Shown here: positions 17,467 to 25,442 of the stretch, in pieces | How the letters are laid out: each line of letters begins with the position of its first letter | Numbering within the stretch: the stretch's first letter is position 1 | DNA from: a virus | DNA length: 64,000 nucleotides | Reading direction: 5' to 3' (one strand) | Virus record (IMG/VR): IMGVR_UViG_3300044648_000427 | Notes under the pieces: generated by a model | Told to the model about the DNA's origin: nothing | The model's input: the letters and a program-made list of their open reading frames with translations, nothing else | Databases searched by the model: none | Made by a program: the position numbers and the translations under genes

Positions 17467-17642
17467 AATGTCTATTATGTGAGTCTGGAAATATCGATAG
17501 CAGTGACTTTCAAACAGTAGGAGATTTAGTAAAGCATTTAATTACTCATGATATACATAACTTGGCTTTTGCATATGCTGATATGTTATTTATCCTTGAA
17601 GAAAGGAGAATAAGAAAAGAGGAGAAAGATAAAAAACTATGA
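17463..17642 (+). CDS. cassette micro-protein B5 (59 aa, C2H2-like)
   Basis: MKCLLCES...DLVKHLITH. Confidence 0.7.
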   Translation: MKCLLCESGNIDSSDFQTVGDLVKHLITHDIHNLAFAYADMLFILEERRIRKEEKDKKL

Positions 17643-17734
17643 AATGTTGGAAGTGTGGAAAGAAGAACATGATAGACTTAGGAGATGGAAGAAATCTATA
17701 TTGTGGTGCATGTGAAACCCATATAGCAACATGA
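17639..17734 (+). CDS. cassette micro-protein B6 (31 aa, C4)
   Basis: MKCWKCGKKNMIDLGDGRNLYCGACETHIAT. Confidence 0.65.
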   Translation: MKCWKCGKKNMIDLGDGRNLYCGACETHIAT

Positions 17735-17750
17735 GGAAAGAGGATAAAAA

Positions 17751-17897
17751 ATGATCTGTCTATATTGTAATACTGAAATCCTTGATAAGGAATTTTCATA
17801 TATCAAGGTAGGAGATAGTAGACCTAAATCTTGTTATCATAAAGATTGTTTTTGGCTTAAATATGATATAAAGGATAAAGAGAAAGATGAAAAATGA
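17751..17897 (+). CDS. cassette micro-protein B7 (48 aa, CxxC...HxxC)
   Basis: MICLYCNTEI...CYHKDCFW. Confidence 0.7.
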   Translation: MICLYCNTEILDKEFSYIKVGDSRPKSCYHKDCFWLKYDIKDKEKDEK

Positions 17898-18016
17898 CTT
17901 TAGAAGGAACACATCTATGTATTAATTGTTATTTGGAAATCAAAACACCGATTAGATTGAAATATTGTCCAAGATGTAAGAAAGAAACGGATAAATATTT
18001 AGCAACAAGTCATTAA
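17894..18016 (+). CDS. cassette micro-protein B8 (40 aa, C4)
   Basis: LCINCY...YCPRCKK. Confidence 0.65.
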   Translation: MTLEGTHLCINCYLEIKTPIRLKYCPRCKKETDKYLATSH

Positions 18017-18031
18017 GGAGAAAGATAAAAA

Positions 18032-18181
18032 ATGAAATGTGGTAAATGTAATAATGATTTAAAACTACAAATAGATATGCTTTGGGAAGGTAGGACATCA
18101 GAGGGATTTTATTATTGTTCTAATTGTAACTATAGAAAATCAACAGGTATATGGGAACATCCTCAAGAAGAGTTATTTTAA
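18032..18181 (+). CDS. cassette micro-protein B9 (49 aa, C4)
   Basis: MKCGKCNN...YYCSNCNY. Confidence 0.7.
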   Translation: MKCGKCNNDLKLQIDMLWEGRTSEGFYYCSNCNYRKSTGIWEHPQEELF

Positions 18182-18196
18182 GGAGAAAGATAAAAA

Positions 18197-18289
18197 ATGA
18201 AATGCTCATTTTGTAATGATTCTGATGCTGACTTGATGTGGAACGGACATTATTATATTTGTAAGGATTGTGAAAATGAACAATCTTAA
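18197..18289 (+). CDS. cassette micro-protein B10 (30 aa, C4)
   Basis: MKCSFCNDSDADLMWNGHYYICKDCENEQS. Confidence 0.65.
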   Translation: MKCSFCNDSDADLMWNGHYYICKDCENEQS

Positions 18290-18419
18290 CACCTGTGCCT
18301 TTTGTAATAAAAGAATATGGTTCTTTCAGAAAAACATATATAGACTAGTCGGCCCGGATGATATAGGGAAATTTATAGGTCGTCATTTTCATGAGAAGTG
18401 TGTGAGAGAGAAAAAATGA
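18276..18419 (+). CDS. 47-aa CxxC...HxxC micro-protein
   Basis: CAFCNKRIWFFQK...FHEKC; paralogue at 52289. Confidence 0.65.
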   Translation: MNNLNTCAFCNKRIWFFQKNIYRLVGPDDIGKFIGRHFHEKCVREKK

Positions 18420-18529
18420 ACCTGAAAAATTTATGCCACATAGATATTCATACTTGGGCCGAAGGCTCTGATGGGCATGTCTGTTATTACTGCGGCCTGA
18501 AATTAAAGAGTTTATCACACAAACTTTAA
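18416..18529 (+). CDS. 37-aa Cys/His micro-protein
   Basis: LCHIDIHTW...VCYYCG. Confidence 0.6.
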   Translation: MNLKNLCHIDIHTWAEGSDGHVCYYCGLKLKSLSHKL

Positions 18530-18694
18530 TAATTACAAATTTTATTTTACTTTGTTGAATAGCGAAGAATTCTGTAATAGTTGTTTCCATCATTATAGTT
18601 TTCACCGAATGGGTGTAGGTCATTGTGAGAAGATATTAGTACCAGTAGTTACGAATTTCGCCCGTATAGATTGCGTTATTCCGTGTAGGTGTAA

Positions 18695-18952
18695 GTGCGT
18701 AAACTTCAAGAGGTAGATCTTTTATGTTGTTTTTTCGCCCGTCATCATATGTTAAATTCCACCGGAACTCATTATACAATAGAGATTCAATTAGGCCGCT
18801 ATTCCGAAAGCCTCGATTTGCTGGCCAAACTTGATTTGTTAGAGGCCAATTACGCCGCTGCGGTCGATGATGCCGCTAGAATCGTTATACAGAAACAGAT
18901 GTTGGATATTTATCGTCAATTGATAAACATTTTTCTGCTAGAAAGAAATTAA
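18695..18952 (+). CDS. hypothetical protein
   Basis: ORF track; GTG start, atypically GC-rich codons. Confidence 0.35.
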   Translation: MRKLQEVDLLCCFFARHHMLNSTGTHYTIEIQLGRYSESLDLLAKLDLLEANYAAAVDDAARIVIQKQMLDIYRQLINIFLLERN

Positions 18953-19051
18953 AATAACGTTTTTCGGCCCGTAATATCGGCCCTCGAAATTAAATTTTTC
19001 GTCATTCATGCGTTAGTTCTTCTTATATACGATTAACGTAATTTCGCCTTT

Positions 19052-19576
19052 ATGGGTGAAGCGGGAAGACCGACGGCAATTAGTCGTGAAGAAACACTTT
19101 ATAAAATACGTTCGATGAGAATTGAGGGCTTTAATAAACAGCAAATTATTAAGCAATTAGGTATGAGTCCGAATACTTATGATGATTATTTAAATATTAT
19201 TTATGTACAAGACGCTGAGACATTAAGTAAAAAGCGGGAACAGGCGTTAGCTACTGATGTAGAACTATACAAGAATAGGTTGGAAAAGGCTCTTCGTAAC
19301 CTTAATTACCTTTTCGGAGATGCGACAGCTACGGCTAAGGAGAAAGTCGAAATAATAAAAGCTAGCGTTGAGATTGCTGGTAAACTTATGCGTGTGGACT
19401 CTGAGGGAACTGCACTTTTAGAACTTAAGCCCGAATTGCGTCAGATGATTGAGGACGCTAATAGCTTAGTGAGGAACAAAATTGAGATAAACACTTACAA
19501 CATTGGGGAGTTACCTGAAAAAGGAGCTGGCAAGACAATTAAGCTTCAGAAAAAAGATGAAGATCTTTTTGGTTAG
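19052..19576 (+). CDS. terS: probable terminase small subunit
   Basis: GRPT followed by N-terminal HTH, helical body, upstream of terL. Confidence 0.55.
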   Translation: MGEAGRPTAISREETLYKIRSMRIEGFNKQQIIKQLGMSPNTYDDYLNIIYVQDAETLSKKREQALATDVELYKNRLEKALRNLNYLFGDATATAKEKVEIIKASVEIAGKLMRVDSEGTALLELKPELRQMIEDANSLVRNKIEINTYNIGELPEKGAGKTIKLQKKDEDLFG

Positions 19577-19665
19577 ACCAAAAAATTTGGGTAGGCGAAA
19601 AATCGTTTTCCCCTTATAATCCCCTTTCAAAGAAGTCTACCACTGTGGGGGATGTGTTCGTTTTA

Positions 19666-19731
19666 GCGGCGAAGCCGCAAGCGGAAATTGCGGTAGCTGC
19701 GGTAGCAGCGGAAATTACCGTTGAGTAGCGG
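19666..19731 (+). repeat. phased GCGG array, locus 4
   Basis: GCGG at 19666, 19681, 19690, 19699, 19708, 19728. Confidence 0.75.
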
Positions 19732-19732
19732 A

Positions 19733-19800
19733 TGATCAACCATTGAACCTACGGTTCATCCGCTGAGCAAAGTGCGTAGCACGATGCTCAACGTTGATCA
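19733..19800. other. three-way junction / cruciform-forming element
   Basis: TGATCAAC/GTTGATCA encloses TGAACC-TAC-GGTTCA and TGAGCA..GTGC-GTA-GCAC..TGCTCA. Confidence 0.7.
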
Positions 19801-19920
19801 GTACAATAAAGCGAAAGGTTTAAATAGCGGCATAGCGGTATAATATTATACCGGACGTACCGGTCGATAGTGGAGACTATAATATTATTATTATATATAT
19901 AGTCTACCACTAGCGGTGCC

Positions 19921-19946
19921 TTTTTTTTTCTTTTTTCAGTTTTTTT
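19921..19946 (+). terminator. oligo-T terminator-like tract
   Basis: T-runs right after hairpin 19868-19912. Confidence 0.4.
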
Positions 19947-20040
19947 ATCAATTTTTCCCAAACCCCTCTAAAAACACCCAATATCACTAGCGATATCACT
20001 AGCGATACGAAAGTTTAAATACTATGAGCGTTTTTTGGAC

Positions 20041-20283
20041 GAAAGGTTTAAATAGGTAGGTGTTGTAGTAACCTGTTGGATCAAATCTATTTTTTCCACT
20101 TTTTTAGCATTTTTTAACAAAATTTCCGATTCGGAAATATTTTAGCAAAAATGGGGGAAAGGTTTAAATAGGTGGGTGTTGTAGTAACTATTTGCTTCGA
20201 ATCAAAATTTGAAGGGTTTTAGTTTTTTTTAATTTTTTTTTAATTTTCGGGGAAAGGTTTAAATAGGTGGATGTTGTAGTAAC
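20041..20283 (+). repeat. three 32-bp direct repeats GAAAGGTTTAAATAGGTRGRTGTTGTAGTAAC
   Basis: Copies at 20041, 20157, 20252; each carries a BRE/TATA-like AAAGGTTTAAATA. Confidence 0.85.
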
Positions 20284-20477
20284 TAGTTGGCAAAAGTGTT
20301 TTTTCTTTAAGTTATTATTTTTAGTAACAAATAAAATACGTTTTTAAGGGGTCAAATTCGATATGTTTAAATACTACCATGAGAATATAACTAGTTGGAA
20401 CGAATAAAGGGTTATAAAATTGTATTTGACCCGTACGAACCGTAATCCATATATTTTACGATTATTTAATCAACTGT

Positions 20478-20684
20478 ATGAACAAGGAACGGTACTTCAC
20501 CATTCACATCTACGGCCCTGAATCAGATTATATTTACGAACAGGTAACAGGAGTAGACTTTAAAAAATTGGAAGAGGCTCAAAAATGGATCGATAAATAT
20601 CTCCCAAAACACTTAGGTTACAAGATAGTCAAAAGTGAAACCGTAGTCAAGAAGTCTTCTGCTCCACCACACTATTTAACATAG
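20478..20684 (+). CDS. hypothetical protein
   Basis: ORF track. Confidence 0.55.
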   Translation: MNKERYFTIHIYGPESDYIYEQVTGVDFKKLEEAQKWIDKYLPKHLGYKIVKSETVVKKSSAPPHYLT

Positions 20685-20716
20685 TTCTCTAAACCCTTGC
20701 TAAGCAACTAATTTTC

Positions 20717-22369
20717 GTGCCCGAAGAATTCATTATCCCTGAATTAGGTAGAACCCTTAAAGAGAAAAAACAAGAAAAAACAAGAAATGATGCAAGTATT
20801 CTTAAGGGAAAGCCGTTTTGGATTTGGGATAAGAAGGAGCACAAGAAAAAATATAAAGAATTAAATGGTGAATGTTGTTTTAATCATATTGCAGGATTAC
20901 CTGTAAAAAATGGACGAGCAAGACCAATTTATCCATTTCAGAAGCAGATTTATGATCTTACCATGTCGAAGGTAGAAGAGGCAAGAATGTCTGATGAAGA
21001 GCTAGAGAAACTTCATGGAAAGGATTATATAAGACGTTTAGGGGTGTGGATTGAAAAAGCCACTGGTTTGGGGGTAAGTGAATTTTATTTACGTCTTATG
21101 GGATGGTTATGTGTTTATGATGATTATTATAAAGGTTCAGATTTTTGTATTGTAACAGGGCCAAATATTAAGTTAGCTTCAGACCTTATTGATAGATTTA
21201 AGGATGTTTTCTATGAAAATTTGAAATTTAGATTTGATGATAGTAAGTTTGAGGCTACTGTAAATGATGTGCATATTGAAGCTTTTCCTTCCGATAACTT
21301 ATCTGCTCTTAGAGGTCGTCCTGATGTAAAATTTATTCTTCTAGATGAAGCAGATTTCTTTTCTATAGGATCACAAAAACAAGTACGTGCTATAGCAGAA
21401 CGTTACATTGGAAAAAGTAATTCTATCGTAGTTATGGTAAGTACGCCAAATGCTGATACTCCTGATGGACTTTATACAGAAATGAAAGCAGAATTTGATG
21501 AAGCAAGGAAGCGTGGAACTTTACAATCTATTCTTTATGATCCCTTAGAACTTCCCTACACTGTAGGATTAGGAACAATGTTTAGTGAAGCTGAAATGGC
21601 TCAGGCTAAACTTTCACCGTCATTTGAGACTGAGTATAACCTCCAAAGGGGTTTCGGACTTGGTAATTTGTTTATGCCTGAAACAATCAAAAAAATGATC
21701 GATTTGGGTGAAAAACTTGGTGAAGAAAAAATCAATGTAAATAATACTTACGTTGCAGCTCCTAACACATTTGAACTTGTAATGGATTTAAATTCAATGT
21801 ATGCAAAATCCGATATAAAATATGATAAACCATTATTTGTTCCTAAAATTGGCTCTACACGAGTTATGGGTATAGACGGTGCGTTCGGTTCAAGTAAATT
21901 CGCTATTTGCGTGGTGGAATTAGTCCAATTTGAGGGAGAACCGGTGGTAAAAGTACTATATAGTGACGAATTCGAGCGTATTGACTACGATAATGCGTTG
22001 ACTAGATGCGAAAATCTCATAAAATTCTATGGTATTAAACGTGTTTATATTGATTCTGCTAACCCTGAAGTTGTAGGTGGAATCAGAAAGATCTACGGCG
22101 AACAACATGATTGGACATTAGATCGTAGACTACCTTCTAGGTGGTCTGGATTTCCAGTTTCGTTTAATAAGGAAGGCCGCCCCTTATTAGCTAAACTTCA
22201 ACGTATGGGTGAAATGGGTAATTTAGCGGTAAGTCCATATTTTAAGAATTTACTAGTTTATCTAAGAATTGCTCAACATCAATCTTATAACTTGGAGAAA
22301 GTTGGGAAGACGCAACTCGACGAACTTGATGCGTTAAGGTTGGCTTTAAAACACTTTACATTTAGTTAA
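20717..22369 (+). CDS. terL: terminase large subunit
   Basis: KATGLGVSEF Walker A variant, ILLDEADF Walker B, VSTPN, RNase H-like MGID and C-terminal DELDA. Confidence 0.85.
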   Translation: MPEEFIIPELGRTLKEKKQEKTRNDASILKGKPFWIWDKKEHKKKYKELNGECCFNHIAGLPVKNGRARPIYPFQKQIYDLTMSKVEEARMSDEELEKLHGKDYIRRLGVWIEKATGLGVSEFYLRLMGWLCVYDDYYKGSDFCIVTGPNIKLASDLIDRFKDVFYENLKFRFDDSKFEATVNDVHIEAFPSDNLSALRGRPDVKFILLDEADFFSIGSQKQVRAIAERYIGKSNSIVVMVSTPNADTPDGLYTEMKAEFDEARKRGTLQSILYDPLELPYTVGLGTMFSEAEMAQAKLSPSFETEYNLQRGFGLGNLFMPETIKKMIDLGEKLGEEKINVNNTYVAAPNTFELVMDLNSMYAKSDIKYDKPLFVPKIGSTRVMGIDGAFGSSKFAICVVELVQFEGEPVVKVLYSDEFERIDYDNALTRCENLIKFYGIKRVYIDSANPEVVGGIRKIYGEQHDWTLDRRLPSRWSGFPVSFNKEGRPLLAKLQRMGEMGNLAVSPYFKNLLVYLRIAQHQSYNLEKVGKTQLDELDALRLALKHFTFS

Positions 22370-22399
22370 ATTTATATGACTCACTAACCTATATACTTT

Positions 22400-22621
22400 A
22401 TGTCTTTCTATAATCTCGTTAAAGATAACTGCAAGCTCGTCAAAAGTAGTCCTAAAAATAAGCTTAATATTATGTGTTGTTTTTGTGGAAAGCAAATACA
22501 TAGTTCTGCATTATTTAATTGGGAAGAATGGGATCATGATGTTATTGGTATATTTAATATAATTGAAAGCAAAACCATCTATCATTTATTATTTAAGTGC
22601 AAGAACAAAAAACTTATATAA
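22400..22621 (+). CDS. Zn-finger protein
   Basis: CCFCGK...H...C. Confidence 0.5.
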   Translation: MSFYNLVKDNCKLVKSSPKNKLNIMCCFCGKQIHSSALFNWEEWDHDVIGIFNIIESKTIYHLLFKCKNKKLI

Positions 22622-22643
22622 TTGATAACTCTTAACATTTATT

Positions 22644-22730
22644 ATGAAGTGTAAATTCTGTCAAAATGAAACTAACGTAGGCGATATGTGTGCAACATGT
22701 GAAGAAGAGTTGGAGGAAAGATTAAGATGA
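22644..22730 (+). CDS. 28-aa C4 micro-protein
   Basis: Hand translation MKCKFCQNETNVGDMCATCEEELEERLR; ATGA overlap. Confidence 0.6.
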   Translation: MKCKFCQNETNVGDMCATCEEELEERLR

Positions 22731-22981
22731 ACCCACTTAAACTTGTAATAGCTTCTAAACAAGTAAGCGATGTAGGACATTCTTTGCTTACCTTAAATCT
22801 TGATCATCATGACAGGAAGATAATACAAAAATTACTCGTGGCAACTGTTATATCATTAAATTCAAAAGATGGTGCAATGCCAGTTAAAAGGGCAGCAGAG
22901 GTTATTGAAGATGTACTTGATCAGTTAGAAAGAGCACAAGCAATAGATGCTGTACCTTACAAGGCAAGTAATAATGATTAG
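22727..22981 (+). CDS. hypothetical protein
   Basis: ORF track. Confidence 0.6.
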   Translation: MNPLKLVIASKQVSDVGHSLLTLNLDHHDRKIIQKLLVATVISLNSKDGAMPVKRAAEVIEDVLDQLERAQAIDAVPYKASNND

Positions 22982-23294
22982 AAAAACTTATATTAATTGT
23001 GGAACTAAACATCAAGAGATTATAGCCTTTTTAGCTTTATTAGGAATAGTGAAAGTGAAATGGACTAATAATACAGATTTAGCAGGATTTGTTGCTTTTT
23101 TTTCCTTGCTTCTTATTCCTTTATCTGGTGTATTTACATATATTACATGGTATATATCAAGTTTATTTCTTCCTCCCTTGGAGTTTGGGTGGATTGCAGG
23201 ACTTATTTCATTAACCGTGATTATTGGTGGATTTTGGTTTTGGACTAAAAGGTATTTTGAAAAACATTGGGTTGAAAATGTACCAACTAAATGA
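22974..23294 (+). CDS. multi-pass membrane protein
   Basis: 2-3 hydrophobic segments; start moved to ATG 22974. Confidence 0.6.
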   Translation: MIRKTYINCGTKHQEIIAFLALLGIVKVKWTNNTDLAGFVAFFSLLLIPLSGVFTYITWYISSLFLPPLEFGWIAGLISLTVIIGGFWFWTKRYFEKHWVENVPTK

Positions 23295-23736
23295 TAATTT
23301 AGCAGTAATGGGTTTCGACCTTACACCCGATTTCAGGGAAAATAATTTATTTTCTCATGAATATGACCCTTCTAATTACGGAGTCATTACTGATCCAAAA
23401 TACGATAAGAGTGGATATATGGTTATGTTTGATGAAAATGTATGGACTATTGTAGATTGCAGAACATTGTTAGATGATTGGCCAAGTCCAATACAGGCTT
23501 ATAAAACCTTGATTTCTAGTGCAATTAATTACTTGAATAATGATAGAAATGTTGTTTGTTCATGTTCCGCTGGACAATCAAGGAGCAACGCAATTGCTTT
23601 AGGAGTACTTATTGAGTATAATAATATGAATTTTTATGATGCTTGGGATTTAATAAGAGAAAAAAATCCTCTATGTAATATTGCAATGCATCATTTAGAT
23701 GTGTTAAAACATATGTATAAGGTGACATTACCTTGA
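23278..23736 (+). CDS. dual-specificity/PTP-family phosphatase
   Basis: P-loop CSAGQSRS (Cx5R); start moved to ATG 23278. Confidence 0.75.
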   Translation: MYQLNDNLAVMGFDLTPDFRENNLFSHEYDPSNYGVITDPKYDKSGYMVMFDENVWTIVDCRTLLDDWPSPIQAYKTLISSAINYLNNDRNVVCSCSAGQSRSNAIALGVLIEYNNMNFYDAWDLIREKNPLCNIAMHHLDVLKHMYKVTLP

Positions 23737-23909
23737 AATGTTTTTTCTGTGAAACAAAATTTTCTGATTCCGCTGCTCTACTTTTTGGGCCTCCTGAAGG
23801 AGACTTACCACTAGTGTCAAAATTTGATATATGTGAAGATTGTTTTATTTTTTTAATAGAATTTAGACCAACGCCAAAAACTTGGCGTGATCAATACGAG
23901 TCACCTTAA
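23733..23909 (+). CDS. 58-aa C4 micro-protein
   Basis: Hand translation from TTG: KCFFCE...ALLFGPP...DICEDC. Confidence 0.55.
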   Translation: MKCFFCETKFSDSAALLFGPPEGDLPLVSKFDICEDCFIFLIEFRPTPKTWRDQYESP

Positions 23910-23947
23910 AGTAAAATTTATAAGTATGCTTCTTGTAACTAAAGTTA

Positions 23948-24349
23948 ATGAAGCAACAAATAGAGTTGTTAAAAAAAGTTAAAGCTATACCAAAACCGTC
24001 AGAAATACTTAAAGAAGCTCACATTAAAGGCATAAAAAGATGTAGACGTCAGTTTAAAATGGGAGATTCATACTGTGCAAGAGGAATATTAATGAAAGAA
24101 TTTGGAGAATCGAAGGGTTATAAGGTAAATCCACAACACATTAATGATTTAATGCTTGATTGTGATATGTTTGAACTTGAAACTGAATTATTCTCAGTTA
24201 ATTTATATAATAAAAAATCTGAGGATTTAAGAGTAAAGGAACGTAATCACATTCATGAAATTCAAAGTAAATTAACAAAATTTAATGATTCAAATGACCA
24301 TATTACGTTCTTGGATTGTGCTAAATTTTTGGAAGATTATGGATTATAA
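23948..24349 (+). CDS. hypothetical protein
   Basis: YCARG...FND...TFLDCAKFLE pattern. Confidence 0.6.
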   Translation: MKQQIELLKKVKAIPKPSEILKEAHIKGIKRCRRQFKMGDSYCARGILMKEFGESKGYKVNPQHINDLMLDCDMFELETELFSVNLYNKKSEDLRVKERNHIHEIQSKLTKFNDSNDHITFLDCAKFLEDYGL

Positions 24350-24522
24350 GTTACACTTTTAAAAATTTTTTTTATCTTGGAAAATGTTTCTCGCAATAAA
24401 CGTCAATATGGTCATAAGTATCGTTTTTTGAACGAGTTTTTAGAAAAGTTTCGTCATTTTTAAGCTTTTTTGAGCATTTTTTGCAAAAATCAGCCAATTT
24501 TAGGCTATTTTTACCCTTTTTT

Positions 24523-24960
24523 TTAGGCATTTTTCAGTTTTACACCAATTTTTTCAAAGAAATTAGTCAATAATGTATCATAAGTTAGATCTTTACCAAA
24601 TCTGTCAGATAAATATTCAACAATTTCATCCGTATTTTCGAAGAAACGAGAAATCTTTCTGCTTAATTCAATATTTACATCATTGTCATTTTTAACTGAT
24701 TTTACAAGTACAATAACATATCGATTATTTGGAGTGCGTGCAATATAGTTTGTGTAGATAAATTCATTGGATAATGATGTTGTTGATAGTGTTGATGTTG
24801 TCCATATTGTTCCTAATGCAGATGGAATTCCCATTGGTGTAGATGAATTAGTGCCTTCTTCAGTAAATTTTGGGTCATCTTTAGGCTTATCTTGGTCTAA
24901 ATTGAACAATAAATCGAGTTTTTCAGTGTCATAAATGAGTTTATTATGTAAAACTTTCAT
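24523..24960 (-). CDS. hypothetical protein
   Basis: ORF track. Confidence 0.55.
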   Translation of the reverse strand: MKVLHNKLIYDTEKLDLLFNLDQDKPKDDPKFTEEGTNSSTPMGIPSALGTIWTTSTLSTTSLSNEFIYTNYIARTPNNRYVIVLVKSVKNDNDVNIELSRKISRFFENTDEIVEYLSDRFGKDLTYDTLLTNFFEKIGVKLKNA

Positions 24961-24994
24961 AAAAATACTTAACTTATCTGATATTTAACTTTTT

Positions 24995-25222
24995 CTACGC
25001 TAAAAATTCCTCAGGAAGCTTATTATGTATATTTTTACTCCACAACGCAAAATATTTACACATTTGCCTAATAGCCGCTTCAGGCAATTCGAAACGAATT
25101 TCTTCTGGTAATGGATCTTCAGCAAGCAGGACTTTTAGATAATTAGGATCTGTAGTTTTTAGAAAAAAAGTCTTATCTTTTTCATCATATCCGAAGCTTG
25201 TTAATCTTGAATTAATAATCAT
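24995..25222 (-). CDS. hypothetical protein
   Basis: 3' part of the track ORF; probable start ATG 25222. Confidence 0.5.
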   Translation of the reverse strand: MIINSRLTSFGYDEKDKTFFLKTTDPNYLKVLLAEDPLPEEIRFELPEAAIRQMCKYFALWSKNIHNKLPEEFLA

Positions 25223-25259
25223 AGAAAAACATATAACTTGGATATTTATAAGTTTATCT

Positions 25260-25442
25260 ATGGATTTAAGAACATCTTTACATGAAATGATTGACGAAAT
25301 GGAGTGGAATGACCTAAATTTCATGGTAAAAAAGCTAAAAAAGTATAATTTTATCGTTTCTGACAAGGATAATAACCTTGTTTGGGTATATGTTGGGCGA
25401 AAAAAGGTTAAAAAAATGTTAGAGAATTGTGTAGATATTTAA
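25260..25442 (+). CDS. hypothetical protein
   Basis: ORF track; convergent with neighbour. Confidence 0.4.
   Translation: MDLRTSLHEMIDEMEWNDLNFMVKKLKKYNFIVSDKDNNLVWVYVGRKKVKKMLENCVDI

Larger units (their letters stand above)
16804..18204 (+). repeat. class B junction repeat (AGGAGAAA)GATAAAAAATG(AAATG), 10 consecutive copies each preceding one micro-ORF
   Basis: Cores at 16804, 16956, 17108, 17294, 17455, 17628 (variant), 17743, 17886 (variant), 18024, 18189; 26-bp identity 18014-18039 = 18179-18204; another core at 16062. Confidence 0.9.

Noticed and set aside
16513-18985. Recurring TCG(G)CCCG(T) words at about 16516, 18349, 18659, 18736, 18964
   Set aside because: Short, irregularly spaced and partly inside coding frames; significance cannot be shown by eye.
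20041-20283. Canonical CRISPR mini-array
   Set aside because: Spacers are 84 and 63 nt, unequal and homopolymer-rich; the repeat contains a TATA box and lacks the usual 3' GAAA(C/G) end.
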